DNA of 64,000 nt from Spirochaetia bacterium (GTDB lineage: Bacteria > Spirochaetota > Spirochaetia > SZUA-6 > Bin103): assembly GCA_965203905.1 (NCBI GenBank), contig CBDBDQ010000005.1, positions 4,000,001 to 4,064,000 on the forward strand, in the 5' to 3' direction. Position 1 is the stretch's first letter; each line of letters starts with the position of its first letter. Of this stretch, positions 46,990 to 56,011 are shown piece after piece. A program made the translations under genes and the position numbers. Under the pieces are notes generated by a model. It was not told the DNA's origin. It was given only the letters and a program-made list of their open reading frames with translations, and did not search any database.

Positions 46990-47775
46990 GTGGACTTCGA
47001 TCCGTCCATCATTCCCACGCAGCTCAATCCCGACCTCAGCCCCGCGCTGGCGCAGGAGGTGAGCTTCTTCCGCAAGTGGGGCTACCTGGTGGTGGACGCT
47101 GCCCTGACCGTGGCCCAGGTGGAGACCCTGCGCGCCGCGCTGGACGAGACCGCGGCGCGCCTGCCGGCGCGCGATCCCTCAGGCCGCCGCGTCGCGCCCG
47201 GCAAGGGCCAGTTCTACCACCAGCTCCTGGAGGCGGACGAGCGCTTCGTGTTCCTGCTCGACCATGCCCCGGTGCTGACCCGCATCAAGGCACTGCTCGG
47301 CACCTGCGTGCAACTGCACAGCGCCACCGCGCGGGTCACCCGGCCGGGCGCCCCCGACCAGGACTGGCACCGCGACGGCCCCTGGCCGGTCGACCCCGAC
47401 GGCACGCCGATCGGCAGCACGCCGGCGCAGATCAACTGTGGCTACTATCTCGACCGCCTGACCCCCGACAACGGCCCGATCGCCATCGTGCCGGGCAGCC
47501 ATCGCGCTCCCTTCAAGCCGCCGCAGGGACATCCCGAGTTTCCGGACCAGGTCATGGTGCTGGCGCGCCCCGGCCAGGCGGTGCTGTTCAACGGCTGGCT
47601 CTACCACCGCGGAGTGGCGAACCGCTCCGAGCGGCCGCGCCGGGCCTGCATGATGTGCTACCAGAACGCCTGGATGAAGTCGTTCGAGCCGTTCGACGGG
47701 CCGCGCGTCACCCGGCTGCGGGAGCACGGCACGCCGGAGCAGAGACTGCTGCTCGGCGGCGTCCCGCGCTGGTAG
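46990..47775 (+). CDS. PhyH family dioxygenase
   Basis: WGYLVV, WHRD, NGPIAIVPGSH, GWLYHRG. Confidence 0.88.
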   Translation: MDFDPSIIPTQLNPDLSPALAQEVSFFRKWGYLVVDAALTVAQVETLRAALDETAARLPARDPSGRRVAPGKGQFYHQLLEADERFVFLLDHAPVLTRIKALLGTCVQLHSATARVTRPGAPDQDWHRDGPWPVDPDGTPIGSTPAQINCGYYLDRLTPDNGPIAIVPGSHRAPFKPPQGHPEFPDQVMVLARPGQAVLFNGWLYHRGVANRSERPRRACMMCYQNAWMKSFEPFDGPRVTRLREHGTPEQRLLLGGVPRW

Positions 47776-47827
47776 CTCCCGCGTACGGCGGCCGGTCCGC
47801 CGTCCAGGGTGACGATTCAGGTATGCG

Positions 47828-47942
47828 CTACTGGGCGGCCTGCCACTGGTGGTTAGCCTCGGCGGTCAACTCATCGCCGCCGACCTTGCGCCACTGCGCC
47901 ACGTAGGCGTCCCACTCGGCGTCGGCGTCCACCTCGCCCGCG
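47828..47942 (-). pseudogene. 3' remnant of a family-1 extracellular solute-binding protein gene
   Basis: AGEVDADAEWDAYVAQWRKVGGDELTAEANHQWQAAQ*, typical LplA-type C-terminus with no upstream gene body. Confidence 0.6.
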
Positions 47943-47976
47943 GACCCGATGGAACGAGGACGGGCCGATGTTTTCG

Positions 47977-48006
47977 TTGACCGGGCTCGCCGTGGCGTGG
48001 TAGCTT
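47977..48006 (+). promoter_or_regulatory. sigma70 promoter of rplU operon
   Basis: TTGACC-18nt-TAGCTT with extended -10 TG. Confidence 0.55.
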
Positions 48007-48037
48007 AGCGGCCGGAATTCGGAGTTCGGTTGCAGCG

Positions 48038-48361
48038 ATGTACGCGTTGGTAGAGATTCAGGGCCGGCAGTATCGGGTGCGCGAGGGTGCGCACGTTACC
48101 GTGGAGCGCATGGCCGGCGCCGGTGACACGGTGGAGTTGCACAATGTGCTGCTGGTGGCGCCCGAAGAGGAGGGCAGCGAGCCCCTCATCGGTCGGCCCT
48201 ACGTAGCCGGCGCCAAGGTCACGGCGACCCTGGAGGACCACCCGCGCGGGCGCAAGCTGGTGATATACAAGTACCGCCGGCGCAAGCACTATCGCCGCAA
48301 ACGTGGCCACCGGCAGCCACTCACCCGGCTGCGCATCGACAAGATCGAAGCCGGTTCCTGA
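48038..48361 (+). CDS. rplU: 50S ribosomal protein L21
   Basis: MYALVEIQGRQYRV...YRRKRGHRQ. Confidence 0.97.
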   Translation: MYALVEIQGRQYRVREGAHVTVERMAGAGDTVELHNVLLVAPEEEGSEPLIGRPYVAGAKVTATLEDHPRGRKLVIYKYRRRKHYRRKRGHRQPLTRLRIDKIEAGS

Positions 48362-48715
48362 TTGCGGCGTGACGAGCGGCCGGTGCTGAGCGTCACGCTG
48401 CACGCCGACGGCGCCGGCTGCCTGCGCCGGCTGAAGGTACGCGGCCACGCGCCGGCGATCGCCTGCGCGGCGATTACCGCCCTGACCCGCAGTGCCGCGA
48501 CGTTGCTGGCGGCGCAGCCGACCCTGGAGTGTCGCGGCGCGGCGCCGCGGCCCGGCGTGCTGGAGTTGCATGTCGGTACCGTGCCCGCGCAGCACCGTGA
48601 CTGGGTACGCGGCATCAGCGCCATGGTCGAGCATGGCGTGCACGCGGTGGCGGCCGAGTATCCGCAGGGTGTCGTGGTAGAGGCCGTGCGCTGGGACCGC
48701 GACGCCGAGGATTGA
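48362..48715 (+). CDS. prp: Prp/YsxB-like ribosomal-processing cysteine protease
   Basis: Between rplU and rpmA; GHA...C motif ([13 protein letters not shown]), C-terminal AAEYP. Confidence 0.7.
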   Translation: MRRDERPVLSVTLHADGAGCLRRLKVRGHAPAIACAAITALTRSAATLLAAQPTLECRGAAPRPGVLELHVGTVPAQHRDWVRGISAMVEHGVHAVAAEYPQGVVVEAVRWDRDAED

Positions 48716-48726
48716 GGAGAGCGCAA

Positions 48727-48981
48727 GTGGCACACAAGAAGGGTGGAGGAAGTTCCCGCAACGGGCGTGACTCGCGAGGCAAGCGTCTCGGGGTGAAGCG
48801 GTACGGTGGCGAGTTGGTGGCAGCCGGAACGATTCTGGTGCGCCAGCGTGGCACCCGGGTGCATCCCGGCGACAACGTCGGCGTCGGCCGCGATTATACC
48901 TTGTATGCCCGGGTCACCGGCACCGTCGTGTTCAAGAACCGTCTCGGGCGGAAGCTGGTCGCAATCGAACCGTTCGCCTGA
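48727..48981 (+). CDS. rpmA: 50S ribosomal protein L27
   Basis: [30 protein letters not shown] before GTG. Confidence 0.97.
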   Translation: MAHKKGGGSSRNGRDSRGKRLGVKRYGGELVAAGTILVRQRGTRVHPGDNVGVGRDYTLYARVTGTVVFKNRLGRKLVAIEPFA

Positions 48982-48993
48982 TCCGGGTCGTGA

Positions 48994-50028
48994 GTGGGGG
49001 CGCGATTGGTCGCCGGCGCCGTCTCCCGGTTCGTCGACCGCACGACGATCACCGTTAGCTCGGGCAGCGGAGGGAACGGCGCGGTATCCTTCCGCCGCGA
49101 GAAGTACGTTCCGCGCGGCGGCCCCGACGGCGGTGACGGCGGCCGCGGCGGCGATGTCCTGTTTACCGTCCGCGGCAACGTCCACACGCTGGCACATCTC
49201 GCCGGGCGTCACCACTATCGCGCCGAGAATGGAGCGCCGGGAAGCCGCCGCCGCCGCCATGGAGCGGCCGGCAAGCCGGTGCGCATCGCCGTACCGCCCG
49301 GCACGGTGGTGCGCGACGCCGCCAGCGGCCAGGTGCTGCACGACCTCACCAGGCCCGATGAGGAATGGCTGTGCCTCCGCGGCGGGGCGGGAGGCGCCGG
49401 CAACGCGCGTTTCGCCACCTCGGTGCGCCGGGCACCGCGCTTCGCCACGCCCGGGCGCCCCGGCCGTGAGTTGCTGCTGCAGCTGGAGCTGCGCAGCATC
49501 GCCGACGTCGGCTTCGTCGGTTTCCCGAACGCGGGCAAGTCGACCCTGCTGGCGGCCCTGACCAACGCGCGGCCGCGGATCGCGGCCTACCCCTTCACCA
49601 CCACGACTCCGCAGTTGGGCATGATGCGGCTCGGATCGCCCCCCGCCGCGGACTGGCACGACGCACAGGAGATCGTGCTGGTCGACATTCCTGGCATCCT
49701 GGAAGGCGCCTCGACCGGTGTCGGCCTGGGCTTGCAGTTCCTCGACCACATCGCCCGGGTTCACCTGCTGGCCTTCGTGATCGACCTTACGGGCACGGGA
49801 GATCCGGCGGCGGCGCTGGAACGGGAACTGCGCGCCTACGACCCTGCGCTGGCGCAGCGTCCCCGACTGGTCGTGGGCACCAAGCGGGATCTGGATCCGG
49901 ACGGCGCACTGAGCACCGGGCTGCGCCGCCGCTATGACCGGGAACAGGTGGTCACCGTGTCCGCCCATACGGGCGCGGGCATGGACGATTTGCGCGCTGC
50001 GCTGAGCAGGCTGGCACGCGCGGCGTGA
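48994..50028 (+). CDS. obgE: GTPase ObgE
   Basis: FRREKYVPRGGPDGGDGG, GFPNAGKST, YPFTT, DIPG. Confidence 0.96.
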   Translation: MGARLVAGAVSRFVDRTTITVSSGSGGNGAVSFRREKYVPRGGPDGGDGGRGGDVLFTVRGNVHTLAHLAGRHHYRAENGAPGSRRRRHGAAGKPVRIAVPPGTVVRDAASGQVLHDLTRPDEEWLCLRGGAGGAGNARFATSVRRAPRFATPGRPGRELLLQLELRSIADVGFVGFPNAGKSTLLAALTNARPRIAAYPFTTTTPQLGMMRLGSPPAADWHDAQEIVLVDIPGILEGASTGVGLGLQFLDHIARVHLLAFVIDLTGTGDPAAALERELRAYDPALAQRPRLVVGTKRDLDPDGALSTGLRRRYDREQVVTVSAHTGAGMDDLRAALSRLARAA

Positions 50029-50660
50029 GCGGTTCCGAAGCGTACCGCGATACGCGGGCCGGAAGCGTGCGCCCGCGGCAGCCGCGGGTCGCACTGCTCG
50101 GGGGCTCGTTCGACCCGGTGCATCTCGGCCACCTGCACGTAGCCGAGGTGGTGCTCGCCACCGGCCGCTACGACCAGGTGCTGTTCGTGCCGGCTCACCT
50201 GCCGTCCCACAAGCCCGGCACCCTGGCCGCTCCCGACCACCGGCTGAGCATGCTGCGCCTGGCCATCTCCCGTCGTTCCGGTCTCGCGGTATCCGACATC
50301 GAGCTGCGTCGCGGCGGAGTGTCCTACACCGTCGACACCGTGCGCCAGTTGCAGCGCACCGGCACGCTCGGCGTGCGGCCGGGGTTGGTGGTTGGCGACG
50401 ATCTGGGTGCCGAGCTGGACACCTGGCGCGAGGCGGAGACGCTGTTCGGCATGGTGGAACTGCTGGTTGCGCGCCGCATTCGGCAGGCGGCTCCGCTGGC
50501 GTTCCCGCACCGCCGCTTGGCGAACCACCCATTGCCCCTCTCCTCCTCGGAGTTGCGCCGGCGGGTTCGAGCCGGTCAGGTGATTCGCGCTCTGGTGCCC
50601 GACTCCGTCGATGCCTACATCCGGGAGCATGGGTTGTATGGCCGCCGCGGCGAGGGTTAG
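50025..50660 (+). CDS. nadD: nicotinate-nucleotide adenylyltransferase
   Basis: GGSFDPVHLGH, SYTVDT, LSSSELR. Confidence 0.93.
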   Translation: MSGSEAYRDTRAGSVRPRQPRVALLGGSFDPVHLGHLHVAEVVLATGRYDQVLFVPAHLPSHKPGTLAAPDHRLSMLRLAISRRSGLAVSDIELRRGGVSYTVDTVRQLQRTGTLGVRPGLVVGDDLGAELDTWREAETLFGMVELLVARRIRQAAPLAFPHRRLANHPLPLSSSELRRRVRAGQVIRALVPDSVDAYIREHGLYGRRGEG

Positions 50661-51846
50661 GCGCTCGCGCCGTCGTTCCGACGGCCGCCGCGACCGGAGT
50701 TATCTGTTGCTGGTCCTGATCGTGGTTCTGATTGCCGCCACCGCCTGGTTTGCGGTGACTCAGCTCCGCACCGACGAGGTGGCCGAGTGGCTGCAGGAGC
50801 TGGATCTCCTCGTCGGGCTCAGCGTGGTCTCCGATCCGCATCAGCGGATCGCGTTCGAGGTGCTCCTGATCGACCCGCACACCCGGCGCGCCGGGCTGCT
50901 GTTCATGCCCGGGAATGTCGGCGTCCTGGTGGCCAGCCGCCAGCGCATGGACGCGCTGGAGAGTCTTTACCAGGAGGGCTCCCTGGATCCGCTGTACGAC
51001 CAGATCGCGAAGCTGCTCGGCGTACGCCCCCTGTTCCACCTCGATCTCACCGGTACCCGCATCGCCGACCTGGTGGACCTGATAGGCGGCGCCGAAGTGT
51101 ACATTCCCCACCCGCTGGAACCCAAGCAGGGGGGTGCAACGGGTGGGCTGCCATCGGGATCGGTGCGCCTCGACGGCGACAAGGCCGCGGCCTACCTGAG
51201 CTACTTCACTGCAGGCGAGCCATACCTGGAGTGGGCGGGGCGGGTGCACCGCCTGCACCAGGGGATGATCCGGGGATTGCAGCGCGAGTCACGGATGCTG
51301 CAGCACCGCGACGTGCAGCACTTTATGCATCGGCACATCGGCACCGATCTCTCGGCGGCAGGTCTGGGCACGCTCCTTGCCACCCTGGCCGCGGTGGACG
51401 GCGAGCGGCTGATCTTCCAATACACTATCGGCCAGCCGCGGAACGTGGACGGCCGGCCGCTGGTGTTTCCCCACTACGACGGCGCGCTGTTGCGGGAGGC
51501 GGTGTCGCTCGTGGTGGCGACGTTGGCCGGCGAGCACCAGGAGCCGGCCGCCACGGTAGCGGTGGAGATCCTCAATGGGACCCCGGTCCCCGGCCTGGCG
51601 CGCAATGCCACGCCCGTGCTGCAGAGCTTCGGCTACCGGGTGGTGCGGATCGGGAATGCCGAGCATCATGAGCACGCCACTACGCGGGTGCTCGATCGGC
51701 GCGGCCGACCGGAGCTTGCGGCGCGGGTGGCAGAGTTGATGAAATGCAGCGGGGCGGGCTCCGAACCGGATCCCGCCGTCGATCCGGAGGTCGACGTGAC
51801 CATCGTACTGGGAGGTGATTTCAACGGCCGACGTTGTACCGAGTGA
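50638..51846 (+). CDS. LCP-family protein with LytR C-terminal domain
   Basis: N-terminal TM; LVDLIGG, LDGDKA; VEILNGT..PGLA...VTIVLGGDF. Confidence 0.85.
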   Translation: MAAAARVRRSRRRSDGRRDRSYLLLVLIVVLIAATAWFAVTQLRTDEVAEWLQELDLLVGLSVVSDPHQRIAFEVLLIDPHTRRAGLLFMPGNVGVLVASRQRMDALESLYQEGSLDPLYDQIAKLLGVRPLFHLDLTGTRIADLVDLIGGAEVYIPHPLEPKQGGATGGLPSGSVRLDGDKAAAYLSYFTAGEPYLEWAGRVHRLHQGMIRGLQRESRMLQHRDVQHFMHRHIGTDLSAAGLGTLLATLAAVDGERLIFQYTIGQPRNVDGRPLVFPHYDGALLREAVSLVVATLAGEHQEPAATVAVEILNGTPVPGLARNATPVLQSFGYRVVRIGNAEHHEHATTRVLDRRGRPELAARVAELMKCSGAGSEPDPAVDPEVDVTIVLGGDFNGRRCTE

Positions 51847-52216
51847 GCCTGATCAGCCGGCGCCGCCCGCAGTCGGTTCTCTGGGCGAAGCGCAGGCACG
51901 AGCCCTGCGACAACTACTCGATGAGCACCGTTGCGAGGATGCGCTGGTGCTGGATATCACCGGGGTCAGCGATGTCGCCGACTTCTTCGTGATCGCTACC
52001 GTGCGCAGCTCCACCCATCTGCTCGGGGTATACGGGTACCTGATGGAGTATCTCAAGAGGCAGCGACTGGAACCCCTCACGGGGCCGAAGCGGGTACGTG
52101 ACAACCCATGGCTGCTGGTAGATCTCGGACCTATCGTGGTGCACCTGATGGAACGCGACACCCGTGCGTTCTACGAGCTGGAGAAGCTCTGGTTCAGCGG
52201 GCGGATACTGCACTGA
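51815..52216 (+). CDS. rsfS: ribosome silencing factor
   Basis: ADFFVIAT, WLLVDLGPIVVHLM...RAFYELEKLW; start uncertain. Confidence 0.92.
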   Translation: MISTADVVPSEPDQPAPPAVGSLGEAQARALRQLLDEHRCEDALVLDITGVSDVADFFVIATVRSSTHLLGVYGYLMEYLKRQRLEPLTGPKRVRDNPWLLVDLGPIVVHLMERDTRAFYELEKLWFSGRILH

Positions 52217-52298
52217 GAGCCTGCCCGCGGAACCACCGGACTGTTCCCGCGCCGCTGGCGCGGAACTCTGAACCGAGCCCGCGCGTACCCCGGGCGCC

Positions 52299-52694
52299 CT
52301 AAGGGTCGAATTCCTCGAAGTCGGCGTCGGCTTCGTCCAAGGTGTCACCGTCGACGCTGAATCCGTCGGAATCCTCGTCAAGGTCGTCATCCCCGTCGCC
52401 TTCCTCGAAGGTGTCATCGTCATCCGCACCATCATCGAAGGCAGCGTCGAAGTCGTCGTCCTCGTCGTCATCATCGAAGTTGTCGTCCTCGTCGTCGTCG
52501 AAGTCGTCGTCGTCCAATTCATCGTCATCGAGCTCGTCTTCGTCTTCGTCGAAGTCGTCATCGAAGTCGTCGTCGAAGTCGTCCACGTCGCTGCCGTAGC
52601 TCCGCAACTCCTCGAAGCCGATTGCAGGGTCGGCGACCGTGGAGAGCGGGTTACCGAAGACGGCGCGCGGCGTTACAGGCAATAACCGAATCAA
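52299..52694 (-). CDS. extremely acidic (D/E-rich) small protein
   Basis: AGAGAGGAAGG before TTG start; ~95-aa tail about two-thirds D/E with periodic Phe/Leu. Confidence 0.65.
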   Translation of the reverse strand: MIRLLPVTPRAVFGNPLSTVADPAIGFEELRSYGSDVDDFDDDFDDDFDEDEDELDDDELDDDDFDDDEDDNFDDDDEDDDFDAAFDDGADDDDTFEEGDGDDDLDEDSDGFSVDGDTLDEADADFEEFDP

Positions 52695-52750
52695 ACCTTC
52701 CTCTCTACCGATGTCCTGTCCGCCACCAGCGTCCCGGGTGGCACCACTGC

Positions 52751-52781
52751 AATGTAGATTCCACTCGCCCCGTCGTGTCAA
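52751..52781 (-). promoter_or_regulatory. possible promoter of acidic-protein gene
   Basis: TTGACA-19nt-TACATT on minus strand (spacer long). Confidence 0.4.
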
Positions 52782-52859
52782 CGGTGCTGCAACCAAAACG
52801 TGGTTCCGCCGAACGGCCGCCGTACGGGCGAGAGCGAGCGAGCCGGCGCGGTCGCACGC

Positions 52860-52889
52860 TGGACAGGTCGCCATCGGTGATGGTATACT
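52860..52889 (+). promoter_or_regulatory. sigma70 promoter of spoVG
   Basis: TGGACA-18nt-TATACT with extended -10 TG. Confidence 0.6.
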
Positions 52890-52941
52890 TTGCTGGTTCA
52901 ACTGGAGGGGTGCCTTGAACCGGCTCCCTCGGAGGGTGCTC

Positions 52942-53223
52942 GTGGAGATCACCGACGTCCACATTACCCGAACCGCCGCTGACGGCAAGCTGCTGGCCTA
53001 CGTCACGGTGACCTTTGATCGCTGTTTCGTCGTGCACAATATCAAGATCATCCTCGGTCGTACGGGCCCCTTCGTCGCCATGCCCAGTCGCAAAACCAAG
53101 AGCGGTCTCTACCGGGACATCGCCCATCCCATCACCTCCGCGTTTCGCGACCTGCTGCAGAGTCGTATCCTGGAGGCCTACGAGCGTTCCGTGCCGGCGC
53201 CCGCGGCCAACGCGGCACCCTGA
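52942..53223 (+). CDS. spoVG: SpoVG nucleic-acid-binding regulator
   Basis: EITDV...FDRCFVVHNIKII...FVAMPSRK...DIAHPI; GGAGG RBS. Confidence 0.95.
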   Translation: MEITDVHITRTAADGKLLAYVTVTFDRCFVVHNIKIILGRTGPFVAMPSRKTKSGLYRDIAHPITSAFRDLLQSRILEAYERSVPAPAANAAP

Positions 53224-53297
53224 GCGGGAGGGCGCCGGCCCGCCGCCCGGGAGGGATTCTCAGCCGGGCCCCGCTATGGCACAATGGAGCTTTCCGT

Positions 53298-53369
53298 TGG
53301 GACGTCGGCAAGTGGTAAGCCACCGGTTTTTGGTACCGGCACTCGCAGGTTCGAATCCTGCCGTCCCAG
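53298..53369 (+). tRNA. tRNA-Gln (TTG)
   Basis: Acceptor TGGGACG/CGTCCCA, anticodon arm CCGGT-TTTTGGT-ACCGG, T-arm GCAGG-TTCGAAT-CCTGC; CCA not encoded. Confidence 0.96.
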
Positions 53370-53516
53370 TCGCCGTCACGCCGCGACCGTCACGGAGTGA
53401 GCGCACTCGGTGACGGTGCGAGAGACCACGCAGTGACACCACCCGCTCCGGGAACACCACCGCGTATCGCGTAACGCGTGCATCCCGTGACGGGAGCCCG
53501 AACAGGAGATCAACGT

Positions 53517-54143
53517 ATGGCTGACAGAAACCTGACCGCGCAGCTGCGGACCGAGACGAAAAAGGGTGCGGCGCGCCGGCTGCGACGGGCGGGACGCATC
53601 CCGGCCGTCATGTACGGACACCGCGAACCACTTCTGCTGAGCATCGACGCGCGTGAGTTCTCGCGCAAGTTCCAGCAGATTTCGGAGAGCACCATCATCC
53701 ACCTGGCCGCCGGCGACGCCACCTACGACGTGTTGGTGAAGGACTTCCAGGCCAACAACATCATCGAACGTCTGGAGCACATCGACTTCTTCGAGATCGA
53801 GCGCGGCAAGGTGCTGCGTGCCCGCGTGCTGCTGCACTACGTGGGCAACCCCGTAGGGGTTCGCGAAGGGGGCCTGCAGGAACTGCTGGTGCACGAGGTC
53901 GAGGTAGAGTGCCTGCCCCGCCATCTCCCCGAGCGGATCGACGTCGACATCGAGAATCTGGGGGTGGGGCAGTCGCTGCACGTGGCCGACATGCCGGTGC
54001 CGGAGGGAGTCCGCGTCACTACTCCACCCGAGCAGGTCCTCGCCCTGGTCGCCCATAAGGTCGAGGAAGTCGATGAGACCGAAGAAGAGCTTGGCGACGA
54101 GGAACTGGAGGCGGCCGACGAGGAGGGCGCCGACGAGGAGTGA
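53517..54143 (+). CDS. rplY: 50S ribosomal protein L25/Ctc
   Basis: ARRLRRAGRIPAVMYG, EHIDF, GVREGG, acidic tail. Confidence 0.96.
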   Translation: MADRNLTAQLRTETKKGAARRLRRAGRIPAVMYGHREPLLLSIDAREFSRKFQQISESTIIHLAAGDATYDVLVKDFQANNIIERLEHIDFFEIERGKVLRARVLLHYVGNPVGVREGGLQELLVHEVEVECLPRHLPERIDVDIENLGVGQSLHVADMPVPEGVRVTTPPEQVLALVAHKVEEVDETEEELGDEELEAADEEGADEE

Positions 54144-54236
54144 TCTCCGCGACGGGGCACCGGCGTGGTTCCGCGCTCGCGGCACCGTCCGGCCGGAGTG
54201 TGCCGCCCGCATCTGCCGAGTTGACTTGCGGACCCG

Positions 54237-54818
54237 ATGCGACTGGTGATAGTCGGCCTGGGTAATCCCGGCCGGCGTTATGATCGCACCCGCCACAACG
54301 CCGGGTTCCAGGTGGTGGACTGCATGGCACGGCGCGTCGGGGCTCGCCTCAAACGCCGCCGGAGGCGCAACTATGCCGTGGCCCGCACACTGGTGGGCGG
54401 GCGGCGCCTGACCCTGGTGCAGCCGCTCACCTACATGAACACCTCCGGAGAGGTCATCAAGCCGGTGCTTGCCGAGTGCGACGCCGCGATCGAGGATCTG
54501 CTCGTGGTGTGCGACACCATGGACCTCGACCCGGGAGCCAGCCGTCTGCGTCTCGCCGGATCGTCCGCGGGCAACAAGGGCCTGGCATCGGTGCTCAAGG
54601 TGCTGGGCACCGAGCAGGTGAAGCGCATCTACGTTGGGGTCGGCCGTCCGCTGCCGGGAGTAGCCGTCATCGACCACGTTCTGAGCCGGCCGCCACCCGC
54701 CGCGGCGCGTGCCGTGGCGCAGGCCGTCGACCGGGTGTGCGGTCACCTGGAGGTGCTGCTCGACGGCGATTACCAGCGCGCCATGAACCTGATCAACCAG
54801 CGTGGCGTGCCTGCCTGA
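54237..54818 (+). CDS. pth: peptidyl-tRNA hydrolase
   Basis: IVGLGNPG..Y..TRHNAGF, PLTYMNTSG. Confidence 0.95.
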   Translation: MRLVIVGLGNPGRRYDRTRHNAGFQVVDCMARRVGARLKRRRRRNYAVARTLVGGRRLTLVQPLTYMNTSGEVIKPVLAECDAAIEDLLVVCDTMDLDPGASRLRLAGSSAGNKGLASVLKVLGTEQVKRIYVGVGRPLPGVAVIDHVLSRPPPAAARAVAQAVDRVCGHLEVLLDGDYQRAMNLINQRGVPA

Positions 54819-55851
54819 CCGGGGCAGCAGCGGCACGGCGGGCGATCCGCTGGCGGCGGCGCGGGCGGCATTGCAGCAGGCCGCTCTGCCGTGCCCGGCC
54901 ACCATCGTGGTCGGCGTCTCCGGCGGCGCGGACTCGCTGGCACTGGCACTGGTGCTGGCGCGGCTGGCTCCCGAGTTGAAGCTGCGCGTGGTGGCGGCCC
55001 ACTACGATCACGGTCTGCGCGCCGCGGCCTCCTGTGCCGCCGAACGCGCGGCGGTGCGCCGGCAGGCGCAGTGCCTCGGCCTGCAGCTGCGCGAAGGTGC
55101 CGCGCCGGCCGGGTTGCTGCGCCGGCTTGCCACGGGGCGCAGCGTGGAAGAGATCGCCCGCGTGCACCGCTATGCATTTCTGTTGCGGGTGGCCGCCGAT
55201 TGTGGCGCCTGCGCCGTGGCCGTGGGGCACCACCGCGACGACGACCTGGAGACGATTCTGATGCGTGCCTTGCAGGGGAGCCTGCGTGGCGGCGGCATTC
55301 CGCGGCGCAGCGGGCTGGTGCTGCGTCCGCTGCTCGGCGTACGCCGGGCGGCTTTGGGCCGCTACGTCGCGGCGACCGGACTTCCGGTTATGGAAGACCC
55401 GAGCAACGCCGACCGGCGCATGCTGCGCAACCGGATCCGCCGTCTGCTGCCGGCCCTGGAAGCGGCGGTGCCGGGGAGTGCCGACAACCTCCCGCGGCTG
55501 GCGGCGAGCGCCGCTTCCTCCTGGCGCCGCGTGGAACGGGACGCGCGCCGGGAGATCCCGTGGCGCTATGCCCGCGGCAAGTGCGGCGCGGTGCGCTATC
55601 GCGTCGCCGCGGCGACGTTCTGGGCCGCCGCCGGGCCGGTGCGCGAGGCCGCGCTGTACCAGGTCTGCGACGCCGTTCTCAGCCGGGGCCACAGCGCCCG
55701 TCATGCACGGCCGCGGCTGCCGCGGCGCTTTCTGCAGCCGCTGCTGCAGGACCTGGCGGAGGTGCGCAGCTTGTGCCTGGAAGGTCACGGGCTGCGCATT
55801 TCGTGCGACCGGGAGCGGGTGCTGGTGTCGCGCCGCGGCGATCGCCGGTGA
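54802..55851 (+). CDS. tilS: tRNA(Ile)-lysidine synthetase (short C-terminus)
   Basis: SGGADS PP-loop, HYDHGLR, GHHRDDDLET, LRPLL, EDPSN, RNRIR. Confidence 0.92.
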   Translation: MACLPDRGSSGTAGDPLAAARAALQQAALPCPATIVVGVSGGADSLALALVLARLAPELKLRVVAAHYDHGLRAAASCAAERAAVRRQAQCLGLQLREGAAPAGLLRRLATGRSVEEIARVHRYAFLLRVAADCGACAVAVGHHRDDDLETILMRALQGSLRGGGIPRRSGLVLRPLLGVRRAALGRYVAATGLPVMEDPSNADRRMLRNRIRRLLPALEAAVPGSADNLPRLAASAASSWRRVERDARREIPWRYARGKCGAVRYRVAAATFWAAAGPVREAALYQVCDAVLSRGHSARHARPRLPRRFLQPLLQDLAEVRSLCLEGHGLRISCDRERVLVSRRGDRR

Positions 55852-56011
55852 GGTGCCGCGGCCCGCGCCCCAAAACGCGGCCATGCGTGCGCAGCGCGGA
55901 AATGGCGGCAATATCGGGCCGGTTGTCGCCCATCCGCATTCGCGCTATCTTAGGGCTGACTGGGTGGGCCCGCTGCCGGCGCGGGCACGCCGAGCGACCC
56001 GAGGGGGGAGC

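Noticed and set aside
52340-52600. (tcg/tca)n microsatellite and poly-Ser or poly-Thr ORFs
   Set aside because: Explained by GAC/GAT/GAG codons of the acidic ORF; synonymous variation indicates coding
53298-53369. tRNA-Gln as an integration site
   Set aside because: No duplicate of its 3' end seen and flanking genes are core
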